The notes under the pieces: generated by a model
Told to the model about the DNA's origin: nothing
Database searches by the model: none
What the model saw: the letters and a program-made list of their open reading frames with translations, nothing else
Translations under genes and position numbers: made by a program
Part shown: positions 1-9,436 of the stretch, piece by piece
How the letters are laid out: each line of letters starts with the position of its first letter
Position numbering within the stretch: the stretch's first letter is position 1
NCBI GenBank assembly: GCA_029560465.1
Contig: JAKQKX010000020.1
Span: 51,434 to 115,433 of the forward strand
DNA from: Candidatus Omnitrophota bacterium
Lineage (GTDB): Bacteria > Omnitrophota > Gorgyraeia > Zapsychrales > JANLHA01
DNA length: 64,000 nt
Reading direction: 5' to 3'

Positions 1-251
1 CTCTGGCGCCGGTCTAAGGCGTCCGCAGGAACAAGATGGGGATTGTTTCGAAAAATGTCATCCAGGGGCTTGGTTTCCCAAAACAGCCTTTTATTGACCT
101 TGCGGAAAACAGGGCTCTGTTTCAACCCCTCTGGAGCGTACCGCTCCAGGGGAGTCGGGATCATGTGTTTAAAAAGAACCGGCCGGTCAGGATAGCGCCG
201 TTTCACTTCCCCTATCACCGCCGTCCAGATTAAAGACCCGCCATAGCCCAT
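1..251 (-). CDS. Partial ORF truncated at the window edge (N-terminal ~83 aa; ATG at 251); possible GT9 heptosyltransferase-like N-terminus
   Basis: Hand translation of the minus strand gives MGYGGSLIWTAVIGEVKRRYPDRPVLF... with no stop to position 1. The G-x-x-I-x-T-x-V...K-R-R-Y-P-D pattern resembles GT9 N-termini. This ORF is absent from the supplied track because it is an edge fragment. Confidence 0.3.
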   Translation of the reverse strand, partial: MGYGGSLIWTAVIGEVKRRYPDRPVLFKHMIPTPLERYAPEGLKQSPVFRKVNKRLFWETKPLDDIFRNNPHLVPADALDRRQ

Positions 252-284
252 AAATTTTTCTTCCTCAATTTAATGAAATCCATT

Positions 285-1166
285 TCACACGATCACAATT
301 TCGCGGGCCTCATTTAACACCGGCCCCAGTGTTTCCCGAGAACCCTCCCTGGGCAGACAGATCATGTTCGTCTGATTGCGCCGGCAGTCATAGGCGAAGC
401 GTTTAAACTGTTCCAGCAGGAAAGGCAACCCTTGATCGGACGGATAATACGCCGGATGGATTTCAAAAACGATCACCGGCCTGTGCTTCTCTAAATACCG
501 CGTCGCCGCGAAATCCGCGAAAACATCCCGTTCGAATCCTTCGATATCCATAAAAACATAATCCGGGATAAAATTAATGTCCCGCAAAAATTCAGTCACC
601 TTAATCGCCTTGACCCCGGTCATCCCCTCCGTGGGGCCCTCGTGACTTTGAATACGGCGGATAGCGTTGTAAGGGTGTGTTTCATGATCGTAAAAATGAA
701 CCTGCCGGGCCTCCGCGCTGATAAAAGCGTTATAAATCTGCACATTTTTAAACCCGTTTAAAGCCATATTCTCCGAAAGGATCCGGAAATTGTTCGGGGT
801 TCCCTCGACAGAAACAACCCGGCCGGATTCTCCGGCGCACAGCGCCATGATGGCCGTGAAATAGCCGTAACACCCTCCCAGTTCCAACACCCGGGCGCCG
901 GGATGAACCAGCGCTTTGATGATACCGGTTGTGACAGGCTCCCGGACACCTTCAATGCGTTCCACGATAGGATAGTCCAGCTTATAATCCCGGAACGTCA
1001 TGCGGAAACGCATGTCATCCACCGTAATATTAAAAATATGCCCGGGCGGGTATTTCGAATATTTCCATATACCGTAACGCTGTGTCCAGAGCCGCGCCAT
1101 CCGGCGGACGCGTTTTCCAAAAACCTTTTTTATTTGCGCTAAGGCCCTCATGATCTCATACCTCAA
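285..1166 (-). CDS. FkbM-family SAM-dependent methyltransferase
   Basis: VLELGGCYGYFTAI matches the FkbM (Methyltransf_21) SAM-binding motif. Length is 293 aa. Confidence 0.75.
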   Translation of the reverse strand: MRYEIMRALAQIKKVFGKRVRRMARLWTQRYGIWKYSKYPPGHIFNITVDDMRFRMTFRDYKLDYPIVERIEGVREPVTTGIIKALVHPGARVLELGGCYGYFTAIMALCAGESGRVVSVEGTPNNFRILSENMALNGFKNVQIYNAFISAEARQVHFYDHETHPYNAIRRIQSHEGPTEGMTGVKAIKVTEFLRDINFIPDYVFMDIEGFERDVFADFAATRYLEKHRPVIVFEIHPAYYPSDQGLPFLLEQFKRFAYDCRRNQTNMICLPREGSRETLGPVLNEAREIVIV

Positions 1167-3042
1167 TCAAATCTTTCTGCATGTCAAACTGCAACTGATA
1201 AAGCTGCCGGTACAAGGGGCTGATCTCAAGCAATTCGGCGTGCCGGCCCATGGCTTCGATGCGGCCCTTATTCAAAACCGCGATCTTGTCCGCGTGCAGA
1301 ATCGTGGAAAGCCGGTGGGCGATGACCACGGCGGTGGAACATTCTAGTACGCTGTCAATGGCTTTCTGCACCTGCTGTTCCGACTGCGTGTCCAGGGAAC
1401 TGGTCGCTTCATCAAAAATCAGGATGTCCGGTTTAGCCACAATCGCCCGGGCGATGGCGATCCGCTGCCGCTGCCCGCCGGAAAGCCGCACCCCCCGGTC
1501 CCCCAAGAACGTCTCATACCCGTCCGGCAAATCAAGGATAAATTCATGCGCGTTGGCGAGTTTGGCCGCGGCGACAATATCATCCCGGGAAACACCTTCC
1601 CGGCCAAAAACAATGTTATTCGCCACGGTATCGTTAAATAACAGGCTTTCCTGAGGCACAACTCCGAAAATCTTCCGGTATGCAGAAATTTTCACGTTCC
1701 GTAAATCAACGCCGTCAATCGAAATAAGCCCCTTCTGCGGGTCATAAAACCGCAGCAACAGGTCCGTCAGGGTTGACTTCCCGGCGCCGCTGGGCCCGAC
1801 AAAAGCAATGACCTCCCCCTTTTTAAGCTCAAAATTAATCCCATCGAGAGAAAAATCCTCATTCGGCAGATAACGGAACAGCACATTTTTGACCAAAATC
1901 CGATCTTTAAAGTCCGCCTTGATGACTGTTCCATCCACGACTTGAGTCCGTTCCTGAAACAACTCATCCAGGCGCTCATAAGAAGCCAAGAGCGCTTGGG
2001 TCCAAGTCAAGCACACAGCGAATTTATTCACAGGTTCAATCAAAAGGCGGCCGACGTAAATATAGAGCAGAAAACCCTGCAGGGAGAGGCTGCCTTTCAT
2101 AAGCTGAAAAGCAGCGACCAGGAATATCCCTACAAACGCCGTGGCATCAAGGAACTCGCGGGCATAGGGTTCAACTTGGCGTACCAGGCCTTCTTTAAAA
2201 TCAGCTCGGCTCACTTCCGCCAGATCATGGCCGAGCTGCCGCAATTCAAAATCTTCAACGCCGAAAGATTTGATCACGCGGATATTCGTCATCATTTCCT
2301 GTAAAGAGGAAGTAAGATCCGCAATTCGGTCGAAAAAACACCTCGTTGTCCGGCGGACGGGTCTTTTAATGACTTCTGTCAGGCCGAACTGCAACGTAAT
2401 CATCCCGAAAGCGCAAAGCGTCATCCAAACACTTGTACTGATGAGATACGTGCTGTACATAGCGATCAGGACTCCATGATGGATATACCCTCGCACAAGA
2501 GGCCCCAAGCCCTGCCCGGTGTTCTGGGCGTCCTGGACCACGCGGGAAATCAGCTCCCCAGATTTCTGCCGGTTGTAAAATCCGATATTCAAACTCAAAA
2601 GGTGATCGAGGACATCTTTTCGTATCTTTTCCGTTGAACGAACGCGAATCCACCGAGTCATCACCAGGGCCAGATAATTGATGAGGGCTGACAAAAAAAC
2701 GCTCACCAAAAAAAGTGACAGCATAAAAATCAGCATGTTCCAAAAGTCATCCCCGTCAAAAAGCATGACCCGGGCCAACAACGCTTTAACCTTGGTGCCA
2801 ATGTTATTCAGGTTGAAAACATTGGTCTGTGGCAATGCCTCCACCGCTTCCATGGAGGGCCCGCCCTTATAGTCCGAGATCAACTGCACGACCCCCGACA
2901 CAATAACCGGCTGGACCACTGTAAAAAAATTGCCTACGAGAGTAATCACGATCAGCGCACAGATATGCTTCCAGAGCGGACGAGCGTAGTCTTTCAACAA
3001 CTTGGCAAAAGAAACTTTATAAATAAGACTTTTTTTCTTCAT
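1156..3042 (-). CDS. ABC transporter with fused permease and ATPase domains (MsbA/PglK-like lipid or lipid-linked-oligosaccharide exporter)
   Basis: N-terminal six-TM domain; Walker A GPSGAGKST; ABC signature LSGGQRQRIAIARA; Walker B ILIFDEATSSLD. Length is 628 aa. Confidence 0.85.
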   Translation of the reverse strand: MKKKSLIYKVSFAKLLKDYARPLWKHICALIVITLVGNFFTVVQPVIVSGVVQLISDYKGGPSMEAVEALPQTNVFNLNNIGTKVKALLARVMLFDGDDFWNMLIFMLSLFLVSVFLSALINYLALVMTRWIRVRSTEKIRKDVLDHLLSLNIGFYNRQKSGELISRVVQDAQNTGQGLGPLVRGYIHHGVLIAMYSTYLISTSVWMTLCAFGMITLQFGLTEVIKRPVRRTTRCFFDRIADLTSSLQEMMTNIRVIKSFGVEDFELRQLGHDLAEVSRADFKEGLVRQVEPYAREFLDATAFVGIFLVAAFQLMKGSLSLQGFLLYIYVGRLLIEPVNKFAVCLTWTQALLASYERLDELFQERTQVVDGTVIKADFKDRILVKNVLFRYLPNEDFSLDGINFELKKGEVIAFVGPSGAGKSTLTDLLLRFYDPQKGLISIDGVDLRNVKISAYRKIFGVVPQESLLFNDTVANNIVFGREGVSRDDIVAAAKLANAHEFILDLPDGYETFLGDRGVRLSGGQRQRIAIARAIVAKPDILIFDEATSSLDTQSEQQVQKAIDSVLECSTAVVIAHRLSTILHADKIAVLNKGRIEAMGRHAELLEISPLYRQLYQLQFDMQKDLIEV

Positions 3043-3050
3043 AAATATCC

Positions 3051-3665
3051 TTACTTATGCTTATCCGTGGCCGAATTCCCGTGCTTCACGTAATTATACA
3101 GCGGGACAGGCAGATGGTATATTTTATCCTTATCAATCCGTTTGAAAAGGTCTTTATCTTCAAAAATTTTTTTCTCTGAATTATAAGAGCCGATGATCTC
3201 CAGATACGACGTGCGGAACATCAACCCGCAGGCGATCCCGTTTTCCTGAAAGGATTCCTTGGAAATAATCCGTTCCTCGTTGTCGGTGATAAAATAGTCG
3301 CAGGAGACCGCCACGTATTTGGGATTAAACTTCAGGAAATTATACAGCATGTACAAAAACGGGGGCTGGACATAATCGTCCGAATCCACCCGGACGAAAA
3401 ATTTCCCCCGGGAATTGGCCACCCCGACCTGGGCGCTGGCGCCGATCCCGAGATTTTCGTCGTTTTTAATGATCTTGATGTCCCCCGCCTTGATGAATGT
3501 GTCCAACGCCTTGATGGAGTCATCCGTACTGCAGTCATCCACCACCACGATCTCATAATGTGACCTATCCAGGTCCTGGTTAAGAAGTGACCGGATACAC
3601 CGGCGGATTAAAGTGCCGTAATTATGATTCACCACAATCACAGAGATATCAATAAGTCGCATCAT
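3051..3665 (-). CDS. Family 2 glycosyltransferase
   Basis: ISVIVVNHNYG...YEIVVVDDCSTDDS is a GT-A/GT2 N-terminal signature. Confidence 0.8.
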   Translation of the reverse strand: MMRLIDISVIVVNHNYGTLIRRCIRSLLNQDLDRSHYEIVVVDDCSTDDSIKALDTFIKAGDIKIIKNDENLGIGASAQVGVANSRGKFFVRVDSDDYVQPPFLYMLYNFLKFNPKYVAVSCDYFITDNEERIISKESFQENGIACGLMFRTSYLEIIGSYNSEKKIFEDKDLFKRIDKDKIYHLPVPLYNYVKHGNSATDKHK

Positions 3666-3690
3666 AGCACTCCTTCAAGAATTAGCCGAA

Positions 3691-4422
3691 TCAGTCTTCG
3701 GCCACATTAATAAACTTTTCCATCTCCCGGGACTGCTGGCACAAGGTGCGCAGCTCTTCCGGTGTAGCGCTGCAGACATGGTCCGGGCCGACAAGCCCTT
3801 TATTAAGGGTAAAATGCTTTTCGATGATCCTGGCCCCCCTGGCCACAGCCACCAACGCCGCCTCGATGCCGATCGTGTGGTCGCTGAACCCGTCGTAAGG
3901 GGTCGCCTTAAATGACACCGGCAGATGGATGTCCTTGTACTCCGCCGGATATTTCGCCACGCAATACAGGTATTTCGCTTTGTCATAATCATACGGGACA
4001 TCCGCGTCTTCCCAAAAGCCAAGCGAAATAAAAGACTCTTTCCCGGTCGCGAATATCTTCCGGCACAGCGCTTTCTCCTCTACCGTGCGGCTCGCGATCT
4101 TATAGCGATTGACTTTTAAATTCTCCATCCATTCAAAGCGCTCTTCGTCGAACACCGAAGCCATAAATTCGATGCCTTCTTCGTCACACCAGGTTTTAAG
4201 CCGCTTGGCCTCGTCAAACCCGAACTGCACCGTCAGGGCAAACCGGTAGTTTTCCTCGTTAGGATAGCTTCCTTGCGGCCCGAAAATTTTAGCCGGGTCG
4301 TAAAACTGGAACTTGGCGATATCAGCCCCGCACTGTTTGGCCTGCTTGATCAACTCATGGGCCAGGTGAACGCTGCCGTTATGGTTGATCCCGATTTCCG
4401 CGATGATAATCATATGCACCAC
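3691..4422 (-). CDS. NeuB-family nonulosonic acid synthase homolog, catalytic TIM-barrel domain only, lacking the C-terminal SAF domain
   Basis: IIAEIGINHNGSVHLAHELIKQAKQCGADIAKFQ matches the NeuB/PseI N-terminus. At 243 aa it is too short to include a SAF domain. Confidence 0.65.
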   Translation of the reverse strand: MVHMIIIAEIGINHNGSVHLAHELIKQAKQCGADIAKFQFYDPAKIFGPQGSYPNEENYRFALTVQFGFDEAKRLKTWCDEEGIEFMASVFDEERFEWMENLKVNRYKIASRTVEEKALCRKIFATGKESFISLGFWEDADVPYDYDKAKYLYCVAKYPAEYKDIHLPVSFKATPYDGFSDHTIGIEAALVAVARGARIIEKHFTLNKGLVGPDHVCSATPEELRTLCQQSREMEKFINVAED

Positions 4423-4469
4423 CCCTTATTATAAAAAATCAAAAAATTCCATCATTTATATTGTTTACG

Positions 4470-5189
4470 CTAAAGTTGTGTCCTTCCTGTTTTACCATCG
4501 TCTGACGGGACATTAATAACATAAAGATGATAAAAAGGGCCCAAAGATGCGGCATGAAGCCGTAACGGCTTTTTAGTCCAAGGAACCTTCATTTTATCAA
4601 GCATCCTATCGTAGTTCCAGACATAAGAATGCCGGGCGAATTTCTTATCCGGCCTCTCCAACCCTTTCTTAACCTCTCCTCTCGTTTTGCCAGACACATC
4701 ACCATGAATGCCCTCAATAAACGGTTCAAGCAACAAAGTCATGTTTGATATACGTATGAGTTCACTTATCGTCCATTCCACAATACTTTCATCCGGGAGA
4801 TGATCCAGCACCGAGAGTGTAAATGCCACATCAAAATTCTTCGAGCTGAACTGCCGGAGGTTTTGTTCATCACCCACAATCCCCCGAAATGTCGGATATT
4901 TTTCAGCCAAGCTCAAGACACACTCATTAACTTCTATGCCAACGGTATTAATAGCCGGGATCCTATCCATAAAATATTTCAAATTTCCACCGCTGGCACA
5001 GCCAAACTCCAAAACGCTGGAAAGGGATTGAGGATCCCGGAATTGCATCACTTTCTCATATATAATATGGGCATTCCGGGCCGGGATAGTTAAATTTTGC
5101 CAATATATTTTGGCATCATTGACCTTCCGTTGCGTATAGAAACTTTTCAGGACATCAAAGGCCTTCATGGGACACTCCGTTACTATCAC
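4470..5189 (-). CDS. Class I SAM-dependent methyltransferase
   Basis: VLEFGCASGGNLKYF is a SAM-binding motif I. Confidence 0.7.
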   Translation of the reverse strand: MIVTECPMKAFDVLKSFYTQRKVNDAKIYWQNLTIPARNAHIIYEKVMQFRDPQSLSSVLEFGCASGGNLKYFMDRIPAINTVGIEVNECVLSLAEKYPTFRGIVGDEQNLRQFSSKNFDVAFTLSVLDHLPDESIVEWTISELIRISNMTLLLEPFIEGIHGDVSGKTRGEVKKGLERPDKKFARHSYVWNYDRMLDKMKVPWTKKPLRLHAASLGPFYHLYVINVPSDDGKTGRTQL

Positions 5190-5250
5190 ATAAACATAAT
5201 ATTCCTATAACAGCGAACACGCATGCCCCGAGTATTTTCGCGACACACGT

Positions 5251-6471
5251 CTAAACATTGACTTCTCCCCACGTCCAGAAATCCCGGGCCAACATATCTC
5301 TGTCTAAATCAACATCCTTACCCACCCTGTGAATTTTAATATAATCCCCGGCCGGACGGACCTCAATCTGATTCCGGAAATAGCAATTCAGATAATAACA
5401 CATCCCTGCCGGGTCATCTTCCCGTTTATAATTCACGAAATTTTTCCTGACACGATGCATGCCGTCAAAAAACCATTTATCAAAACCCAGCCAAGTGGGG
5501 AGAAACCCCCAAATCGGCTCCAGGGCTGTTCCGGAAAAAGGGATGTCCAGAACGTCATAAAGACGGCGCGCTTCCAGTTTCGCCGAAAATTTTTCCAGGA
5601 ACGTCCGGCTGACCAAATGCTGACACGTACAACCAAACCATTCCAAAGCATTGTCTTTATGAAAAAGCACCCTGTCTTTCTCTATAAATTCCGGGATGAC
5701 TTTCCTCAAAGGACGCCGGTACGTATTTTCATAAACAACTCTTCCAAATAACGGGAATTCACCTAAATGGCGTAAAGAACGAAAACTGTAATATATCTTC
5801 TGTAATCCTGGAGTAATAACATCGGGGACATGATCTTGTGTAATAGAATGACTCTCTTTACTCCAAGCTAAGACAAGTTTTTTAAATTCTAAATCCCGAC
5901 AAAACACATCATACGCCTCTCTAATTTTTTCATCATGGTAAAAGTCCATTTCTGTCGGCGCTGGTTTTCGTGTATTATATTTAAAAAAAATCCCTTGGGG
6001 GATCCATCGTTTTTCATGTCCTGAAGAGAGGAAATGGATGTTATACCCTCTCAAAAAATCTAAGACTGCCGATAATGATTGATTACGATTTAACAATGTT
6101 CCTTCTTGAAACATGAAAACATAATCATAGGCCTCCCATTTCCTTGTACGAATAAATTTATACCACGCGCCGGAATCCAAGGCATGGTCATTTTCAAAAT
6201 GCATTTCCGTCACGGTTTTACCTTTCATCTGTCGAAGGATATTTAAAACGCGCTCATCCGCCGGGCTAAGCTGAACGTTAACCCCGTATTTTTCCGCCAA
6301 TCGAAAATATGGTGCGTAAGCAGGCTTTGCATAACATTCGCCACCCCCATTTTGAAAAAGGACAAAAATATCATAATCCTGAAAATCCTGCAAAGCCAAC
6401 GTCAACAGCGTTGACATGATAAGCCAGGGTTTATGATGACAGCATAACGCTATGGCCACGCGCGCGCTCAT
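5251..6471 (-). CDS. Hypothetical protein within the glycan locus (possible glycosyltransferase-like enzyme)
   Basis: Long ORF co-directional with its neighbours. The likely start MSARVAIALCCHH overlaps the upstream stop by 4 bp (ATGA). No motif recognised. Confidence 0.4.
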   Translation of the reverse strand: MSARVAIALCCHHKPWLIMSTLLTLALQDFQDYDIFVLFQNGGGECYAKPAYAPYFRLAEKYGVNVQLSPADERVLNILRQMKGKTVTEMHFENDHALDSGAWYKFIRTRKWEAYDYVFMFQEGTLLNRNQSLSAVLDFLRGYNIHFLSSGHEKRWIPQGIFFKYNTRKPAPTEMDFYHDEKIREAYDVFCRDLEFKKLVLAWSKESHSITQDHVPDVITPGLQKIYYSFRSLRHLGEFPLFGRVVYENTYRRPLRKVIPEFIEKDRVLFHKDNALEWFGCTCQHLVSRTFLEKFSAKLEARRLYDVLDIPFSGTALEPIWGFLPTWLGFDKWFFDGMHRVRKNFVNYKREDDPAGMCYYLNCYFRNQIEVRPAGDYIKIHRVGKDVDLDRDMLARDFWTWGEVNV

Positions 6472-7826
6472 GCGGCTTTCTCCTTTCTGGGCCTTTTCCG
6501 AACTGCGGTTTTCACCGCGTCCCAGACGCGCCGGCTGCACCGGCCGTCTCCATGCCCCATATAACTCCGGATAAATTCCTGTTTTTTTCCCCGGTTCATC
6601 TCAAACCTTTTTAAATGCATTTGCGGAAGCCGCTCAATCACATCCTCGATCTCCCAGGTCTCAATGACACCGGGGTAATTAAACTGGGAGCCTTCTTCCG
6701 CGGAAAACCAGAAGCGTTGCGCCTCATCAATAAAGAACTCCCTGGGTAAATTAATATTCAAACAGTACACCCCCGCGTAAATAGCGGTCAAAGAGGCCAG
6801 GCTGTAATACATGACGCACATACGGCTCACGGTCAGCAGTTCTTTTAATATAGGCGGGTTCTGCTGTGTTTCATCATCCCAGACAACCAGATCAGCGCAT
6901 TCCTTCACATAGTCCGCAACCGGGAATTTCATGCGCGGCTTCACCACCAGGTGCAAATTGTTCCGGCGGGAGAACCCCCGGATCGCCTGAAACACTTTCG
7001 CTTCATTCATACCCTGCGCCAAAAATCTCCGGCTTAGAGGATCCTGCATAACGCGCAACAAATTCCAACTCTTTTGTATAAAATCTTTAATAAGATAATT
7101 TTTCTTATCATGAGCATAGGAACCATCCGGGGCTGTCGCCGTATTCGCATAAAGCCCGCAGAACGCCCGCTCCCAGGCGGAGGACCGGTTCCGGTTGCAA
7201 TACGGGAACGGCAGATAAAGCAGAACATCTTTGTCCGGCGGCAGCCCGTATTTCGCCCGCACGGCGTCCGGATTAATGGTCTTAAACGCATCAAATTCCG
7301 CGTTCCCGGAGACAACGATGCGGGTATTATCCGGATAGAGATAATCCGTGTATCCCGGATGAAAATTTTTCAAAAATGCTTTTCCTTTTTCCGCGTAAAT
7401 CTCACTATAAACCAGAAACAGTTCTTTATTCCGTCGTTTCTTTAAAAACCCCAGTTTGGGTATATGAAAAAAGTTGTCCGGCCCGGTCATCAGCGTCACC
7501 CAGGTAAACGGGAATTCATCTAAAGAAGCGTCCGGGAGAGAAAACTTAGAAGGACAAATAGAGACTACTGCGTCAATCGTTTTGGCCTCACGCAATTTTT
7601 TATCCAAATCCTCCGGGCCTTCGAACATAATTCCAGTCGGCCGACATAATCCCGGAAAATCGGGAATATGTTCGATATACGGGAAAGAGAAGCTCTTTCT
7701 TCCCGTCCGGGGGGCGCTGTAATCATGCCAGCATTCCACGCTATAGCCCCGCCGTAACGCTTCCTGAATGACCGGCGTGTAATAACGGTAATAATTCGTC
7801 CTATAGACTAAAAATACGACCCGCAT
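6468..7826 (-). CDS. Putative capsule/teichoic-type glycosyl- or glycerophosphotransferase-like protein
   Basis: 452-aa soluble protein in the glycan locus with weak resemblance to the Capsule_synth / Glyphos_transf families. Assignment is by context only. Confidence 0.35.
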   Translation of the reverse strand: MRVVFLVYRTNYYRYYTPVIQEALRRGYSVECWHDYSAPRTGRKSFSFPYIEHIPDFPGLCRPTGIMFEGPEDLDKKLREAKTIDAVVSICPSKFSLPDASLDEFPFTWVTLMTGPDNFFHIPKLGFLKKRRNKELFLVYSEIYAEKGKAFLKNFHPGYTDYLYPDNTRIVVSGNAEFDAFKTINPDAVRAKYGLPPDKDVLLYLPFPYCNRNRSSAWERAFCGLYANTATAPDGSYAHDKKNYLIKDFIQKSWNLLRVMQDPLSRRFLAQGMNEAKVFQAIRGFSRRNNLHLVVKPRMKFPVADYVKECADLVVWDDETQQNPPILKELLTVSRMCVMYYSLASLTAIYAGVYCLNINLPREFFIDEAQRFWFSAEEGSQFNYPGVIETWEIEDVIERLPQMHLKRFEMNRGKKQEFIRSYMGHGDGRCSRRVWDAVKTAVRKRPRKEKAA

Positions 7827-8487
7827 GATCCCTCCACATGTTTTGCGCGATCAAAAAATCTTCTTCCGTATCGATATCGAACAATTCCAGTTTATCCTTC
7901 AACTCCACCAGTTGAACTTCCTTCCAGTCCCAGTAACGGCCATGCTGAAAAAAATAGTCTTTAGAGAAAAAATACAAGGCATGGGCGAACTCCAAAACCG
8001 GGTCCACGGTCTTGGTATTGATCGTCTGAAGCGACAAAGAAAAATTCAAAGGGTTGCGTTTCATATCGAAATAAAAATTATGGCGTTTCACGACGGCAAA
8101 CGCCGATTCCCAATTATGGTCACAGCATTGTTCCAGGAAATCCGCAATGGTTTTGACTTTTAAAAAAGGTAAACACCCGTTAATGATCAGAAAATATTGA
8201 TAAGGAAGATCCTTCAAAAACGACAGAATCTCCGTGATCGGCCCGTCGATCAGCACTGATTCCTGGCTGCGCTGGACAAATGGCACACCATGAACCCGGC
8301 ACTTATCCGCGAAATCCTGTTCATAACCGGCGAAAAACGTGTGCTCCCCCAACGCGCCCAACTTTTTCAGCATAATATCGGTGAGGGTCGTGTCCCCAAA
8401 CGGCCGGACCATTTTTTCAGGGCAGCGCTGGCTCTGTTTCCGGCCGAATGAAAAAACACCAATTTTTTGCCGCTCAACATGTGCCAT
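7801..8487 (-). CDS. Cytidylyltransferase family protein (CTP_transf_3; NeuA/KdsB/SpsF-like CMP-sugar synthetase)
   Basis: N-terminal FGRKQSQRCPEKMVRPFG resembles the AR-x-S-x-R-x-P-x-K...G motif. C-terminal FDIDTEEDF resembles the DIDTxED motif of KdsB/NeuA. Confidence 0.6.
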   Translation of the reverse strand: MAHVERQKIGVFSFGRKQSQRCPEKMVRPFGDTTLTDIMLKKLGALGEHTFFAGYEQDFADKCRVHGVPFVQRSQESVLIDGPITEILSFLKDLPYQYFLIINGCLPFLKVKTIADFLEQCCDHNWESAFAVVKRHNFYFDMKRNPLNFSLSLQTINTKTVDPVLEFAHALYFFSKDYFFQHGRYWDWKEVQLVELKDKLELFDIDTEEDFLIAQNMWRDHAGRIFSL

Positions 8488-9436
8488 TCAGGAACTCCTT
8501 AAAAGATATGTTAGGGATGCCGTCGACCGGCAGGGAATATTCAAACGGTTCATAGATATTGACAAAATTCATGCCCTGGTATTTCAGGATCTTTTCCAAA
8601 GCGGCAAACTCATGCGGCGGCCGCATGAAAGGGCGTTTATTCTCTTTAAAATTACCGCTGAAAGCCCGCCGCGCTTTTTTAAAAAATTTCCGGTAATGCG
8701 CCATGGATTTAAACGTGTAGCAAGCGGCATACTCCATGCTGCCCAGCATGGACATGTCCATCCCGAGGAAAAACACTTTATCAAAACCCATAAAATTCAG
8801 CACCGGGAACAACGCAATCGCCGAAGAATTCAGAAAACTGTAATCCTTAACGCGAGGCAGAGGCCCGCTTTCATCCAAGGCGTAATAATCCTGGAGATCA
8901 AAATCCCCGGCTGCCGGCCTGATCCCGCAGGTGTACACCGGATTGAGGCGGCAGAAGCTTTCTTTATAACTCTGGAAATTATCTTCTAAAGCCAGGCACG
9001 CTGTTTCCGGGAACCGGGATAACAATTCCAGCGGAGAATCCCGCAGGAACACGTCCGTCTTATAACGGAACCTCTTATGCACGCCGCGGTCCGGCCGGAA
9101 AGCCTCAAAGAACATCCGGAAGTTCTCTTTCAGGTACCGGTACTCGTCTTGGTATTCGTCCCGGATAAGGTCGGTTAAATCAATATCCGCCAAGAACGAT
9201 TGAAACACCACATGCTGAAACGCGTTGGATTTGCATTTTTCCAGATAAAACATAAGGTAAAAATCCGGCATCAAGTTCGCCTTCACAAAATACGGGGTCA
9301 GGGCCTTGCTTTCCAAAAACACCGTGACACGCCTGCGGTCAATACGTTCCAGAGGCACCCGGTTTTCAATGATCGAGGGGCCGCCGAGGATCACCAGCGC
9401 GTCGCGGCCGGCATAAGCGTTCTTTAATCGTTTCAT
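8474..9436 (-). CDS. DUF115 (MptE-like) protein, motility-accessory-factor (Maf)-like putative nonulosonic acid transferase
   Basis: ALVILGGPS-type motif near the N-terminus and a size of 320 aa. Position immediately downstream of pseI, as in Campylobacter/Helicobacter flagellin glycosylation loci. Confidence 0.5.
   Translation of the reverse strand: MKRLKNAYAGRDALVILGGPSIIENRVPLERIDRRRVTVFLESKALTPYFVKANLMPDFYLMFYLEKCKSNAFQHVVFQSFLADIDLTDLIRDEYQDEYRYLKENFRMFFEAFRPDRGVHKRFRYKTDVFLRDSPLELLSRFPETACLALEDNFQSYKESFCRLNPVYTCGIRPAAGDFDLQDYYALDESGPLPRVKDYSFLNSSAIALFPVLNFMGFDKVFFLGMDMSMLGSMEYAACYTFKSMAHYRKFFKKARRAFSGNFKENKRPFMRPPHEFAALEKILKYQGMNFVNIYEPFEYSLPVDGIPNISFKEFLNGTC

Noticed and set aside
36-233. 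65-aa plus-strand ORF at the window start
   Set aside because: The opposite strand carries a longer open frame that runs to the window edge with a plausible GT9-like N-terminus. The plus-strand ORF is probably its antisense shadow.
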